A DNA stretch of 64,000 nucleotides from Eledone cirrhosa (GCA_964016885.1 OZ024745.1:94736001-94800000), one strand, 5' to 3'. Counted from the stretch's first letter, positions 22,391-34,309 are shown. A program made the numbers and translations. Notes: a model not told the origin generated them from the sequence alone.

Positions 22391-24481
22391 TTACCGTATT
22401 TTTGGTAGAGGAGGGATGGTTTTTACATCCCTTTTCACTTGATCGTCTGGTGAAGGGACCGTTGAATCGTCCCTTCGGCTGGTCGTCGGCTCTTCTAAGA
22501 GAATGTCTGAATATACTCTTCGATTAATGGTTCCTCCTAGGTCCCTGAAATCACCAACTGCGTTGGGGAATTTCGTTTTAATGTTTGTGTATTGTTTCTG
22601 TGCTATTTTTAGCAGTCTTATGTTAGTTGGCGTTTTGATTGGTGCTGGTATTATGTAGTCCTGTTGTGAAATGTCTGTGTGTTCAATTATGTAAGTCATT
22701 AGTTTCTTGTTGTGTGTGTTTATTGCCGTGCATTTGTTTTTCTGGGGGTGGGGTGTGGTTCTGCTATTTTCTTGTCGTTGTTGCTGGGTGTGTGTGTTTT
22801 GTTGTTGTGTTTGCGATGTTGGTGCTTGTGGTGTTGAAGGTGTTGTTGGCGGTGGGGTTGTCGCCGGTGGTGATGGTGGTGCTGGTGTGGGTGGTGATGG
22901 TGTTGGTGGTGTTGCTGCTGTGGGTCTCTTTGCAGTAGACTTTACCCTTTTCTCATTTCTTTCCTCCCTTTTCAAAGGCGACGATGCGCTGCTTCTGCGT
23001 TTGTGCCTTCTTGAGACCTTTTGCCATCCCTCTCCCACCTCACACTCCATGTCTGATTCTGTAAGGTCGGGGAGGGGTACCAGCTCCACTCTTTCACTTG
23101 TTGTTGTTGGTGATGTTTGCACTGGAGTCTCTGTTGCAGCTGCATTTGGTATTGCTGTTGTTGTTGTTAATATTTCCACTGCTGCTGCTGTCTTTGATTT
23201 CCGTGGAGTGGGTATGGGTGCCACGGACCTATCGTTCCTGGTTGCCGCTTGTCCTGTTGCTGGTAGCCGTGGAACCGGATTCGGGAGGAGGGGGGTTTTC
23301 TCCTTTCTCAGGGTCTTCTCGTTGCAGAAGGCCCTGAGGTGAGTCTTCGATCCACAGCGAAAGCATTTCGGGCGTTTGCCCTCAACACTTATGGGCAGTT
23401 GAGTGCCGTTATCGAAGTCTATCACATCCGGGATAGCTTCGATGCACTCCTGGTTGGTTTGGATTAGCATCTCAATGGAGGAGCCGACCCAATCTTCTCT
23501 TACTTTTTTCTGTACTTGCAGTACAGTTGTTTTGTCCTCGATTCCGACGAGGACAGACGCGGCCAGCCAAGAAGGGGTCATTCCGGGGGGGACGTGGGTC
23601 AGTTTGACCCTCACAATTTTTTGCCCGCAGTAGGAGGGCACCAACACCATTTCCTCGCTCCTTAGGGTCACTACTGATTGGGCCTTTGCCTCCTGGGGTG
23701 TGGCAAAAAGTACGTCTACGGTGGCGTATTTTTTGCCTCGGGTGATGTGCGTTTTCCTCTGCCACACAGACCCCAAGGCTTTTTGTATTTGGGCCTCTGT
23801 GGCTCTTTCCACCCTACGGGATTTTGTACTTACTGTACGGTACGTGACCGTACAGTGCTCTTGGGTTTCGAAAAAATTTTTCGCTGCCTTGCAGATTGCT
23901 CGGTGTCCGTTCTTTGTCACCATCTTCTTTGCTTCCTCTAATTCCTCATTTGTTATGAGGATTGTTTCCAGGTTTTTCGCAATACCTGCAAATGAGATTG
24001 GTTTTTCTCTGCTGTTGTTGTTGTCGTCAGAGCTGCTGGTACTTTTGTTGTTGCTGCAGGTACTACGACTACTGCCTCCGCCGCTGTTGCTGTGGTTGTT
24101 GTTGGTGTTGCTGCTGCTAATGCTGTTGTTGTTTATGCTGCTGGTGATGCTGTTGCGGCTGCTACTGTTGTTTTCATTGTCACTGTTGCTGTTGTTATTA
24201 CGGCTGCTACTGCTATTATTCCTGACGTCAGACGAATGAACTGGGTTTTCGTATTTCCCGCACACCTGTTTCGTCGCTGTCGTCGTCGTCGTGGAGAAAC
24301 CTTGCACGCTTTGCACGAGACTTTTCTTTTCTTTCGTCGCTTGCGAAAGAGAAGGGAGGGAGAGAGACACATTTAAAGAAGGGAGGGAGAGAGACAATCT
24401 TCTCTCTGCTGTAGTGATGATTGAGGAAGAAGAAGACGGAATGAGTGGGAGTGACGTATGAAATTTCTTTTTGGTAGCCAT
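22391..24481 (-). CDS. ORF1: gag-like nucleic-acid-binding protein with a zinc knuckle
   Basis: First ATG at 24481 (MATKKK; the ORF track starts at an upstream non-ATG codon). CFRCGSKTHLRAFC knuckle, GWQKVSRR motif, N/S- and P/T-rich tracts. Ends 35 nt before ORF2. Confidence 0.88.
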   Translation of the reverse strand: MATKKKFHTSLPLIPSSSSSIITTAERRLSLSLPSLNVSLSLPSLSQATKEKKSLVQSVQGFSTTTTTATKQVCGKYENPVHSSDVRNNSSSSRNNNSNSDNENNSSSRNSITSSINNNSISSSNTNNNHSNSGGGSSRSTCSNNKSTSSSDDNNNSREKPISFAGIAKNLETILITNEELEEAKKMVTKNGHRAICKAAKNFFETQEHCTVTYRTVSTKSRRVERATEAQIQKALGSVWQRKTHITRGKKYATVDVLFATPQEAKAQSVVTLRSEEMVLVPSYCGQKIVRVKLTHVPPGMTPSWLAASVLVGIEDKTTVLQVQKKVREDWVGSSIEMLIQTNQECIEAIPDVIDFDNGTQLPISVEGKRPKCFRCGSKTHLRAFCNEKTLRKEKTPLLPNPVPRLPATGQAATRNDRSVAPIPTPRKSKTAAAVEILTTTTAIPNAAATETPVQTSPTTTSERVELVPLPDLTESDMECEVGEGWQKVSRRHKRRSSASSPLKREERNEKRVKSTAKRPTAATPPTPSPPTPAPPSPPATTPPPTTPSTPQAPTSQTQQQNTHTQQQRQENSRTTPHPQKNKCTAINTHNKKLMTYIIEHTDISQQDYIIPAPIKTPTNIRLLKIAQKQYTNIKTKFPNAVGDFRDLGGTINRRVYSDILLEEPTTSRRDDSTVPSPDDQVKRDVKTIPPLPKIR

Positions 24482-25219
24482 GTTTTTTTGTTTAAAATGA
24501 AATTTTGGGTACAAAACCCCAATAACTGGTTATTTAACCCCGAAGGGCCAAATAACGGACAGAAAGACCCCTCTCACGAGGAGGAGGGTGTCTTTATCAA
24601 CAATTTGGTTCAAGTTTTAAACAATTTACAATTGTTTTAACGGTTAAAAATTACTATACCTTACAGAGCCGAGCCTCCGTCAACCATGGCATTCAATAAT
24701 AATAATAAGAAGAAGAAGGGAAGAAGACGCACGAGGTGGTAGAACGTCACGAAATTGCTCCCGTAAGTTTTTTGATTTTTAACATATTTAAATCAATTGT
24801 GAAAGAACAATTCTTAGCACAAATGTTGCATAAAGGCACCGAATGAGGTCCCATAAAGTTTCGGATCCATATTATATTGTTGTATCGCTCAAATATTCAA
24901 TTTTGTATTCAAAAAAAGAAAATGGTTATAAATGGAACAAAACACCCTCTGTCTACACTATATAGAACAGCGGCAATTTCAATTTCACCAACAGCAGAAA
25001 CTTGATACACTACCTATCCCATCACACTAAATATAACGGCAACTTCACCGGCATCATAATAATAATTACTATTATTATTGTCTCAAATTTTAAAAAATGT
25101 TTAATTCAAATTTTACGGGAATATGTCAACACAAAATATAATGAAAATATATATTAAACATACGAACACAAACTCATAGATACTATATCAGTAACCACAA
25201 CACCACCGCTGCCACCACC

Positions 25220-25385
25220 CCACCACATCCATCATCGCCGCCACCACTCATTCAATGCTACTGACACTATTCCCCTGTTAACTTGAGAGAGAAAAGGGAA
25301 GGTGGCGGTAGCACTAGACAAGAGAGAGGCTAGCAAAAGATATAAATAGATTGACTTGGTGACCTTGCCACGGACAAACGTCTAC
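25220..25385 (+). promoter_or_regulatory. Duplicated TATA-box-containing segment (paralog at 1-146)
   Basis: CAAAAGATATAAATAGATTGACTTGGTGACC at 25334-25364; alignment to 1-146. Confidence 0.35.
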
Positions 25386-25806
25386 ATCAACAATTATGGG
25401 ACTGCTGGCTCACCCCTTCCTCACCAACAATATAAAAAGCCCCGGCACCACCACCGACATAGCCAGCAGCAATAACAGCCAACTACAACAACAAGTATAT
25501 TATATTATTGTAATGCACTGGGTGATTGCTGGCCTTGTGCCTGGAGTGGAGACAATTATTAATAATTTCATTCTTAAGCCACGCAATGCTCACATTAAGG
25601 AACCACTCATGATAATAACAATTTAAAAAAAACAACAAAAAGAAAACCCCGTGACCAAGAAATACCGGGATGGCGGCCGGCGGGGAATAGCCATGTCTCT
25701 AGGGGAGAACGACCCCTCTAGTCTTGGTTGACACTCGTTCTAGAAGTGGTAACACGAAATGATTACCCCTTGGCGGTTAAGGATAAAACGCGACAAAATA
25801 AAGTAG

Positions 25807-28800
25807 ATGTCTAATGATGAAATCTCATACCGGATCGGCCGTCACCCGGGTAAAAAAGGGCCGCGTCCCTCAGAGAGGAACCAGACTTGGGTCGAAAAAT
25901 CAGCTAATGGTTCAAACCTTCCCATCACTTCGGAGCTGGAGACCTCCCATAACCGGAATACTCCTACTGTTGGCCCTCCATGCTCACCACCAAGAAATCC
26001 AAAGAAAAAGAGAGAAAAATGATCAAGGGAAGGTAATAAAGGAGTCCTTGAGGCTTTCTACACTGCCATGTACTACCCATCAAATACATCGAATACAGAA
26101 CAAACATATATCAACTGGAAAAAGAAACATCCCGAAAACAGAGGCTATATTGACAGTAACAAACTAGCCAATATACGAAGAAATATTGTAAGAAAAAAGT
26201 TACTAACTGATATAGAAATTGATCAGATCAAGCTAGTAGCACAAAGTCAGCGAAGGGAAAATGAAGCATGTGTCAGTGAAAACGAGGTAAACTGTAACAC
26301 TTCGAATCCCAGGGTTGGGGCGGAATCACTGGCAACAGAACAAATTAAAGAAAGGAGCGAAAAAGTGGAGGGAGTGCATGCTCAGTATGAAACTCCAAAT
26401 GAAAATAATGAGATCGTAAATGATAAAGAAATGAATGAGAATGAACTTGCCAACTTGAAGGATGAAATTATGATCGAATGGATGAAAATGAAAGAATCTG
26501 ACATGGGGGAACGAGACACCCTCCCTAAGATCCAGAACTCCAAACAGAACCAAAAGATAATACACAAGACTAACATAATTCTCAAAAACATTATCATCAC
26601 AAACAAACTAAACATTACTGACTTAAATCATCTCTATTATGCATCGGCTAAAGTCACCACTCACTTATGTGGAGTGAAGATGAAAAAACAAAGGAATTCC
26701 CACAAGAAATCTACTTGGCAAGATAACATCAATCGCCAAATAAACCTTCTCCGATCTGACATAGAAATTTTAACAAACTATAAAGTAGGTGAACATGTTA
26801 AACAAACTAAACTTAGAAAATTGAAAAAAAAGTACAGTATAAGATCAACATGTGACATAGACATGCTGATAGAAACAATCAAGCAAAAAGTGTCGGCCAA
26901 AGCTGCTCGTATAAGGCGCTTTGAAAAACGATCTAGATTCTATACGGACAATAATATGTTCAAAAACAACCAAAGAAACTTCTACAGAAAAATTGGTAAG
27001 TCAACAATAACTGCTAAATCAATACCACCCAAGGAGGAAGTGCAAGAATTCTGGGAAAAGATCTGGGCCGAAGAAAAAGTTCATAACATACATGCCCCAT
27101 GGATAGACAGACAAATGAAAGAAACAGCTCACCTTGAAGAACAAACATGGGAAAATATAACAGTTGAACAGCTGCGCTTGGCTCTAAGAAAAACCAGCAA
27201 ATGGAAATCCCCAGGAAAAGACAAAATACAAAACTTTTGGATAAATGCCTTCACAGAGTCTCATGAGCTGTTAGCCCAACTTTACAATGAAATAGTTAAG
27301 GAGCCAGAAAAGATACCATCATGGCTAGTTAACGGCATTACATTCCTGCTACCGAAGAATGATGAGACAAACAATCCCCAAAATTACAGACCGATAACCT
27401 GCTTGACCACAATGTATAAAATTTTAACATCAGTCCTAACTGAATACACATATGACCACCTGATAACAAATGACCTATTTCCCATTGAGCAGAAAGGGTG
27501 AAAACGAGGCTCATATGGCTGTAAGGATCAGCTTCTGGTTAACAAAATGATACTGGAAGATTGTCATAATAGACACAAAAATCTATCGATTGCTTGGATA
27601 GATTATAAAAAAGCATTTGATAGTTTGCCACACAGTTGGATTGAAAAATGTTTAGAGATTTTCAAAATATCCCCCGTTGTCAGGAGGTTTTTGTCATTCA
27701 GTATGAGGACATGGAGAACGACACTCCTTTTGAATAGTGAAACAAAATCACTGGAAGCTGGAGAAGTTAACATTAATTGTGGAATTTTTCAGGGTGACTC
27801 TTTATCACCGCTTTTATTCTGCATCGCACTTATACCATTAAGTAAAATGCTCAATGAAACAAAACATGGATATAGAGTCTATGACAAAACCATTAATCAC
27901 CTGTTCTACATGGATGACCTGAAACTATTTGCAAAAAATGATGAACAATTGCAAGGGCTATTATCCACTGTGAAGCAGTTCAGTGATGACATTAAAATGG
28001 AGTTTGGACTGGATAAATGCGCCAAAGCAACGTTCACCAGAGGAAAGCTGCTGAAGAGTTCAGACATTAATCTTGATCGGGGGAACGTGATAAGAGAGCT
28101 TGATCAAGAACAAACTTACAAATATCTAGGTGTTTGTGAAGGAGACGGAATCAAGCACTCGACAATGAGGGAAAGGATAAGGAAGGAATGTTACCGCAGA
28201 GTCAGAGCAATCTTAAGAACGGAATTGAATGCAAGGAATAGGATCGATGCCATAAACACGCTTGCCATACCATTAGTAACCTACAGTTACAATGTCATCA
28301 ACTGGTCAAGCACAGAGATCCGTAGGCTCGATACAAAAATCCGAAAATTCTTAACCATGCACAGAATGCATCACCCTAAGGCAGACATAGATAGAATATA
28401 TCTCCCTAGGAAAGAAGGAGGACGTGGGTTAATCCAGTTAGACATTGCGTTGAAAACTGCAACAATTGGATTATCCACATATCTAAGGGAATCACATGAT
28501 TGGATGATCAAACTCGTTTTGAAACACGAAAGCACCAAAAGATCATATTCCATTACAAAAGATGCACAAAGATACAGTAATGGACTACAAATTTCAGAAG
28601 TCCCATTTACTGCTGAAATGGAAAACACAGAAAAAGCAAAGCAGGTAAAAGTAACTGCAAAGAAAGAACAGTTACAATGTCATCAACTGGTCAAGCACAG
28701 AGATCCGTAGGCTCGATACAAAAATCCGAAAATTCTTAACCATGCACCGAATGCATCACCCTAAGGCAGATATAGATAGAATATATCTCCCTAGGAAAGA

Positions 28801-29842
28801 AGGAGGACGTGGGTTAATCCAGTTAGACATTGCGTTGAAAACTGCAACAATTGGATAATCTACATATTTAAGGGAATCACATGATTGGATAATCAAACTC
28901 GTTTTGAAACACGAAAGCACCAAAAGATCATATTCCATTACAAAAGATGCACAAAGATACAGTAATGGACTACAAATTTCAGAAGTCCCATTTACTGCTG
29001 AAATGGAAAACACAGAAAAAGCAAAGCAGGTAAAAGTAACTGCAAAGAAAGAACTGCTACAAAAACTGGCTAAGAAATGGCAAGAAAAGCCTCTGTATGG
29101 AAAATACCCAGAGCGAGCTAACAATCCTGATGTTGACAAAACTTTAACCCATCAGTGGTTGGCATCCTCTGGACTGAAATCGGAGACTGAAGGACTGATT
29201 ATATCCGCACAAGATCAGTGTCTGCCAACAAAAAATTACCAAGCCAACATAATAAAAAATGGGTGCAGCCCATTTTGCCGTGTATGCAAAAAACAACCAG
29301 AGACCATTGACCATATAATTTCAATGTGCAGTCCTATAGCTCCAACCGAATACCTAAACAGGCATGACAGAGCTGCACAATACATACATTGGATAATGTG
29401 TAAGCATTTTGACCTGCCCCATCAAAAGAATTGGTGGGAGCATCAACCACCTCCCATACTTGAAAAAGATCACATCTCAATCTTGTGGAACTTTAGCATC
29501 CAAACAGACCGAAAAATAGATGCAAACAGACCTGATATAATATTGAAAGACTTTCAAAAGAGGGTATGCCTGCTAATTGATATGTCCGTTCCAATAGGCA
29601 AGAATGTATCTATAAAAACATTTGAAAAATTGAGCAAGTATAAGGACCTGGAGATAGAAATTGGAAAAATGTGAAAATTGAGAACTAAAACAATACCAGT
29701 GGTTGTAGGCGCTCTGGGAATGATACCTAAGGGGTCTAATGATTACTTATCGCAAATCCCAGGAAACCCGCGTATAGGAGAAATACAAAAGATAGTACTA
29801 ATGGGAACTGCCCATATACTAAGGAAGATTCTGTCAATATAA
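25807..29842 (+). pseudogene. R4/Dong polyprotein pseudogene (RT, CCHC, restriction-like endonuclease)
   Basis: NYRPITCL, WIDYKKAFD, FQGDSLSP, FYMDDLKL, CRVC..ETIDHIISMC, RHD, ANRPDII..LIDMSVP..EKLSKYKDL. In-frame TGA at 26020, 27499 and 29672, plus a 385-bp frameshifting duplication. Confidence 0.92.
28283..29054 (+). repeat. 385-bp tandem duplication inside the Dong ORF
   Basis: ACAGTTACAATGTCATC starts at both 28283 and 28668; the copies differ at a handful of positions. Confidence 0.95.
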
Positions 29843-30014
29843 GTACATCACAAGTCTAAACACTAAAGATGCATGTGTGAATATGTATGTTCTTTCTTGA
29901 ACATGGCGGACCTTGTTGTCTCTTGAGGTCACTGGTTGTGACTTGGTGATAACTCGGATGAACATAAAGCAAGATAAATGCAACTGCAATAATAATAATA
30001 ATAATAATAATAAT

Positions 30015-30285
30015 GTCTAATGATTACTTATCGCAAATCCCAGGAAACTCGCGTATAGGAGAAATACAAAAGATAGTACTAATGGGAACTGCCAATATAC
30101 TAAGGAAGATTCTGTCAATATAAGTACATCACAAGTCTAAACACTAAAGATGCATGTGTGAGTATGTATGTTCTTTCTTGAACATGGCGGACCTTGTTGT
30201 CTCTTGAGGTCACTGGTTGTGACTTGGTGATAACTCGTATGAACATAAAGCAAGATAAATGCAACTGTAATAATAATAATAATAA
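30015..30285 (+). mobile_element. Tandem second copy of the Dong 3' end (copy of 29734-30014) with its own (TAA)n tail
   Basis: GTCTAATGATTACTTATCGC at 29734 and 30015; a few substitutions between copies. Confidence 0.92.
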
Positions 30286-30300
30286 GGTCTAATAATAACA

Positions 30301-31250
30301 ATCCTTTCATTTATTACGCGCAACGAGGGTAAGGACAAGTACGTTATACAATAGGTGTATGAAAGTTGGATACAAACACGAAATAATTAGTTTTACATGA
30401 AACACAACATAATGTAAACATGTTATTATAAAACTTGAAAATCATTCATAATTATTCACCCACACACACATATAGGAAGCCACTTTTGAGGTGGAGTTAG
30501 ATTACTTCACAGTTCTATTTGCACACCATACATTTTCCTCCGGAGACAACCGAAATTACCTGTATACAGTTCCTCAACAGAAGGTTCATCAATGAACGGA
30601 CACATATCTTCTGGAGAAAAGTACTTATAATTTCGTATATTTCTTGTGTTATTAAAAGTAAACGCCTACCTTTCGGGAATTATCAGAAGAGAGTTCACAA
30701 CTCTCGTTCCAACAACATATTGTAGAGTTGTCAGAATACAGTTAGTGGCTCCTTTTGATGATTGCATATTTAAAAAGGTCCAGATATTTTGGCTATTTCT
30801 CGTGAAATTTTGAGAGGTTTGGTTGTTGATTTTGTTTTGTTTTCTTTTGTTTTCTTTTACTGGGATAACAATCTGCCAAATTATCTCCAGGTTCCATTTG
30901 GTCCCCATAATTCCAAGGGGATGAGCTAGGAGATTGGACTACAGCATCGGCTACTGATGTGTCCAAGAATGAGATTGTCTCCTCTGCCATCTCTAGACTG
31001 GCAGAGTGTGTTTCAGCATCATTTGCTTTTCAAGCCAGATATAGGGCAGATTTACAGGCTATCCTAGGAACTGCAACCATTTATTTAGCTAGTGATGCTA
31101 GTAGAGTAACGACTCTGGAAGTTACTCGCTTTGTCTTGTTTTTTAGTCCATTAGTCGAAACAAAACAGCGTCCAAGAGGACCATACAGTTTTTCTTTTCT
31201 AGAAAGGTCAATTAAATAAAAACAAATGTGCGTTATTAAAAGGTTTATAT
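30301..31250 (-). mobile_element. Probable old Tx1/L1-like 3' relic
   Basis: End (TTTCATTTATTACGCGCAACGAGGG after AAT repeats) resembles the intact Tx1 3' end (TTTCTTTATTAACCACAAGGG after AAT repeats); only weak peptide similarity. Confidence 0.35.
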
Positions 31251-31270
31251 GATACATAAAAGAAAACCAA

Positions 31271-31700
31271 ATGTCATCAAAAACCCTGGAAAAACGGATC
31301 GATGGCTTCGATAATAGTGCCCTGAGAACCATCGGGAACATAAAGTGGTACCACCACGCTCCTAACAAAGAGTTGCATGCGCTCATGCATCGGCCCGCAG
31401 CATCCTGCCTCCCAGCCATCCATCGCATGTACTGGTACAGACATCTCCTCCGCCTTCCACCAGATCACTCTATCAAGGTCTTACTCTCGTTCGGCACAGC
31501 ATCTACAGGCTGGAAGAGGCCCCAGGACAGACCCCGCACCAAATGGCTGGATGTGATTAAGGAAGATCTCCAGAGGTTCGACCTCACCTTAGAGGATGCT
31601 GAGGAGCTGGCACTAATGGAACTGGTCAGCTCTACGCACGTTGATGCCTCTAGGATCACTGACCAAGGATGACCGGAGTCCCATCAAGCAAGAGCAAAGA
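31271..31700 (+). mobile_element. RTE-clade LINE 3' fragment
   Basis: Peptide KRIDGFDNSALRTI..IKW....N.EL...RMYWYRHLLR...WKRPQDRPRTKWLDVIKEDL is typical of the RTE ORF C-terminus. Confidence 0.8.
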
Positions 31701-31894
31701 AGAGAAGAAGAAGGGCGACACCAGTCGAATTACTTGAGGTAATCCCTAATCACTCAGTGATGCGAGAAATGAATTACTTTCTTCATCAGAGTGACCACAT
31801 TGAATTACACGAGGGTGTCACCATGAAGAATATGGAGACCAGTTGTATGCAGCCATAATATATACGAACAAAAACAAGGAATACCAAAAGGGAA

Positions 31895-31953
<59 letters not shown>

Positions 31954-32940
31954 CAATATATATATATACACACACACATATATATGTATAAATACGCACA
32001 CACACACGCACACACACACACACACATACACCCCCCCCCCCACATATATATATATATATGATTTTAAAAGATATTACTGTTTATCTTCCTACTATCTTAT
32101 TTATTCAATATAATTGTTTCTCCAACAAATATAAAATTAGATATCTTATTTAAACAAATGTAGAAAATGTGATTTTCTTTCTTTGCTCAATGTCTTTATC
32201 ATCATAATTGACCTGAAACTAAATAGTAATTTAAATTTTCTAGTGTACGATTACCTTCATTTACGTAAGATAAAACCAGGTATTATATTGAAACTAGCAT
32301 GTGGTATTTAAAGTAATATGTTATTGGAAGTCTATGACAATACAAAATGGACGGTAGATTTTGGAATAAATTGAATGCAACGAAGATGTTAGTGTGTCAA
32401 CTGTAATTTTATTCATCTGTTCTAATATTTCAGGACTAAAATCCCTTCATCTTTGTTCATCTTTGTTTTATTAATGGTTTAATCAGTGAGGATGGGTAAC
32501 ACCAATGAGCATTTCCAGAGCTTTCATGACTAATGGAAGAAGGAAGTTATTCTCTGACTGTTCAGCTGGCTCGAATGCTCACAACACAGTGGTCTCCGTT
32601 TAGTTGCCCAGTTGTGAAGTGGTGGTGTGAAACCGAGTGACAAATTATGTTTAGTTGTTTGTCAAGAGATGGGCACCTTTTTTAGAAGTGTTCCCCATGC
32701 AAGCTTTCCTATATCATCTAGTTGTTTCCCATAGTCATTTCACACACATGAGAACATTAACTGAGATGACATCCATCAAAGTAACTATTTTGTAAAATGT
32801 CTGCCGAATGAAAGCCTGTCTGTTTAAAGAGATCTATTCAACTGTCTTAAATAAGTACTAAATACATAGATTTAAATTCCCATCGGATATACTGCACGCT
32901 TGTATATCCATTTATACATATACAACACTTATCGAGTCCT

Positions 32941-33079
<139 letters not shown>

Positions 33080-33184
33080 TATATATATTGTTTGAAACAT
33101 TGAAACAACATTGAGATCCTCTCGTTTTCCATATATTATTCCCAACCAACCATTTGTTTTAAAAGTAACATTTGAGGGATCGAA

Positions 33185-33350
33185 CAACCAAGGAAGCCAG
33201 CTTGTGGTTGCTCAAACCGGTAGAAATAGAAGCCAAATCCCCCCCTAAAATCACACTTTAGAAAGATAAGGTTACATTAAACAACGTGGTCGTAGGTGAA
33301 CTGAGCCTATGTAAAATGCAAGCCGGTCACGACTGGGAGGATTAAGAGCT
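33185..33350 (+). mobile_element. Probable SINE fragment
   Basis: TGGTTGCTCAAACCGGTAGAAATAGAAGCCAAATCCCCCCCTAAAATCACAC resembles an interspersed repeat I recall from octopus DNA; single copy here. Confidence 0.4.
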
Positions 33351-33819
33351 TAAGCCTACATCACAACCGCCGCCGCCACCACCACAACCACCACCAGTTC
33401 TTACATCAATTCGAATTAAGGAGTATAGCCAATTGAGTCTCCACTGGTCCAAGCCAGGTGCTCGATATTTTCAAGTCTGAATAGTTGAACGACAAATGAA
33501 AACTTTGTCGTCATTCGAGTTTAAAACAAAGCAACGAATGTAGAAAAATATCACCAACATATCAACCTAAATCACATGTATAAAATACTAAAATTAATGC
33601 ATTTTCGCTCACAAAATTAGCTTGAGTAAAGATCAACTTTTATCGTCGTGAGATCAGCAAGCATTACTAGTTGAGTTTCATTCAAATTTGTTTAATTCCG
33701 TGACATAATTAGGAAGTGATATAAAGGTTAGAAACCAAACAACAAGCAAACAGAGGAGTGATTGTGTGTTGTAGTAACACTTCTTACAGTTACAGCTGGT
33801 GCCACACAGCTGATTGTGC

Positions 33820-34290
33820 TGGCCACGGTTCTGGAGGTACTGGTGGTGCCTGTGGTATTGATGGTGCTGGTGTTGTTGGTGGTGTTGGTGATGGTGTTGG
33901 TCGTGCTGGTGGTGGTGCTGGTGGTACTGGTGGTGGTGGCAGTAATAGTTATTAGTAGATGGAGAAATATAGCTTCTCTCCCTCATATTGCAAGTATGAA
34001 ATATGTAATTTTTGAATCTAGTGATATGATGGAGGCGATGATTGTAGTAGTAATAGTGATGGTGGTGGAGCATTTAGGTTGATGATAGATGGGAATGATT
34101 CGTTGGTGTTGATAATAATGTTGAAGGATTGGCAGGGGTATTGGATTGCACGTACTGGCAGTAGTGTTACTGGTGTCGCTGATGTATTAGAAGAATGTAG
34201 TGCTGTAGTAGTTGTAATGACAGTAGTAATTGTCATAGTATTTCTGCAGTTGTCAAGCTGGCAGCGATATAATGATGGTAGTTCTGGTAA
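33820..34290. repeat. GGT/GAT/GTA low-complexity tract
   Basis: Degenerate trinucleotide repeats. Confidence 0.8.
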
Positions 34291-34309
34291 TAAGAAGATG
34301 CTATTATTT

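Larger units (their letters stand above)
18640..24693 (-). mobile_element. Full-length Tx1/L1-clade non-LTR retrotransposon inserted in (AAT)n
   Basis: Two uninterrupted ORFs, ~210-nt 5' UTR, 3' UTR with AATAAA (18680-18685, minus strand), (ATT)n tail, candidate 15-bp TSD CAATAATAATAATAA at 18625-18639 and 24694-24708. Confidence 0.92.
25651..30014 (+). mobile_element. Near full-length R4/Dong-clade RLE retrotransposon, inactivated
   Basis: Single long reading frame from ATG 25807 with RT, CCHC and RLE domains; 3' UTR ends in (AAT)n at 29988-30014. Confidence 0.92.

Noticed and set aside
18885-24376. Plus-strand ORFs of 70-211 aa over the Tx1 element
   Set aside because: Antisense shadows of GC-rich ORF1 and ORF2 with no motifs of their own.
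24563-24595. HDV-like ribozyme suggested by a TCCTCGT loop in the Tx1 5' UTR
   Set aside because: Folds as a simple hairpin; no nested P1/P2 pseudoknot or catalytic joiner found.
24709-24770. Host exon interrupted by the Tx1 insertion (GTAAGT at ~24763)
   Set aside because: Only a donor-like hexamer; no recognisable coding frame or acceptor in the reconstructed empty site.
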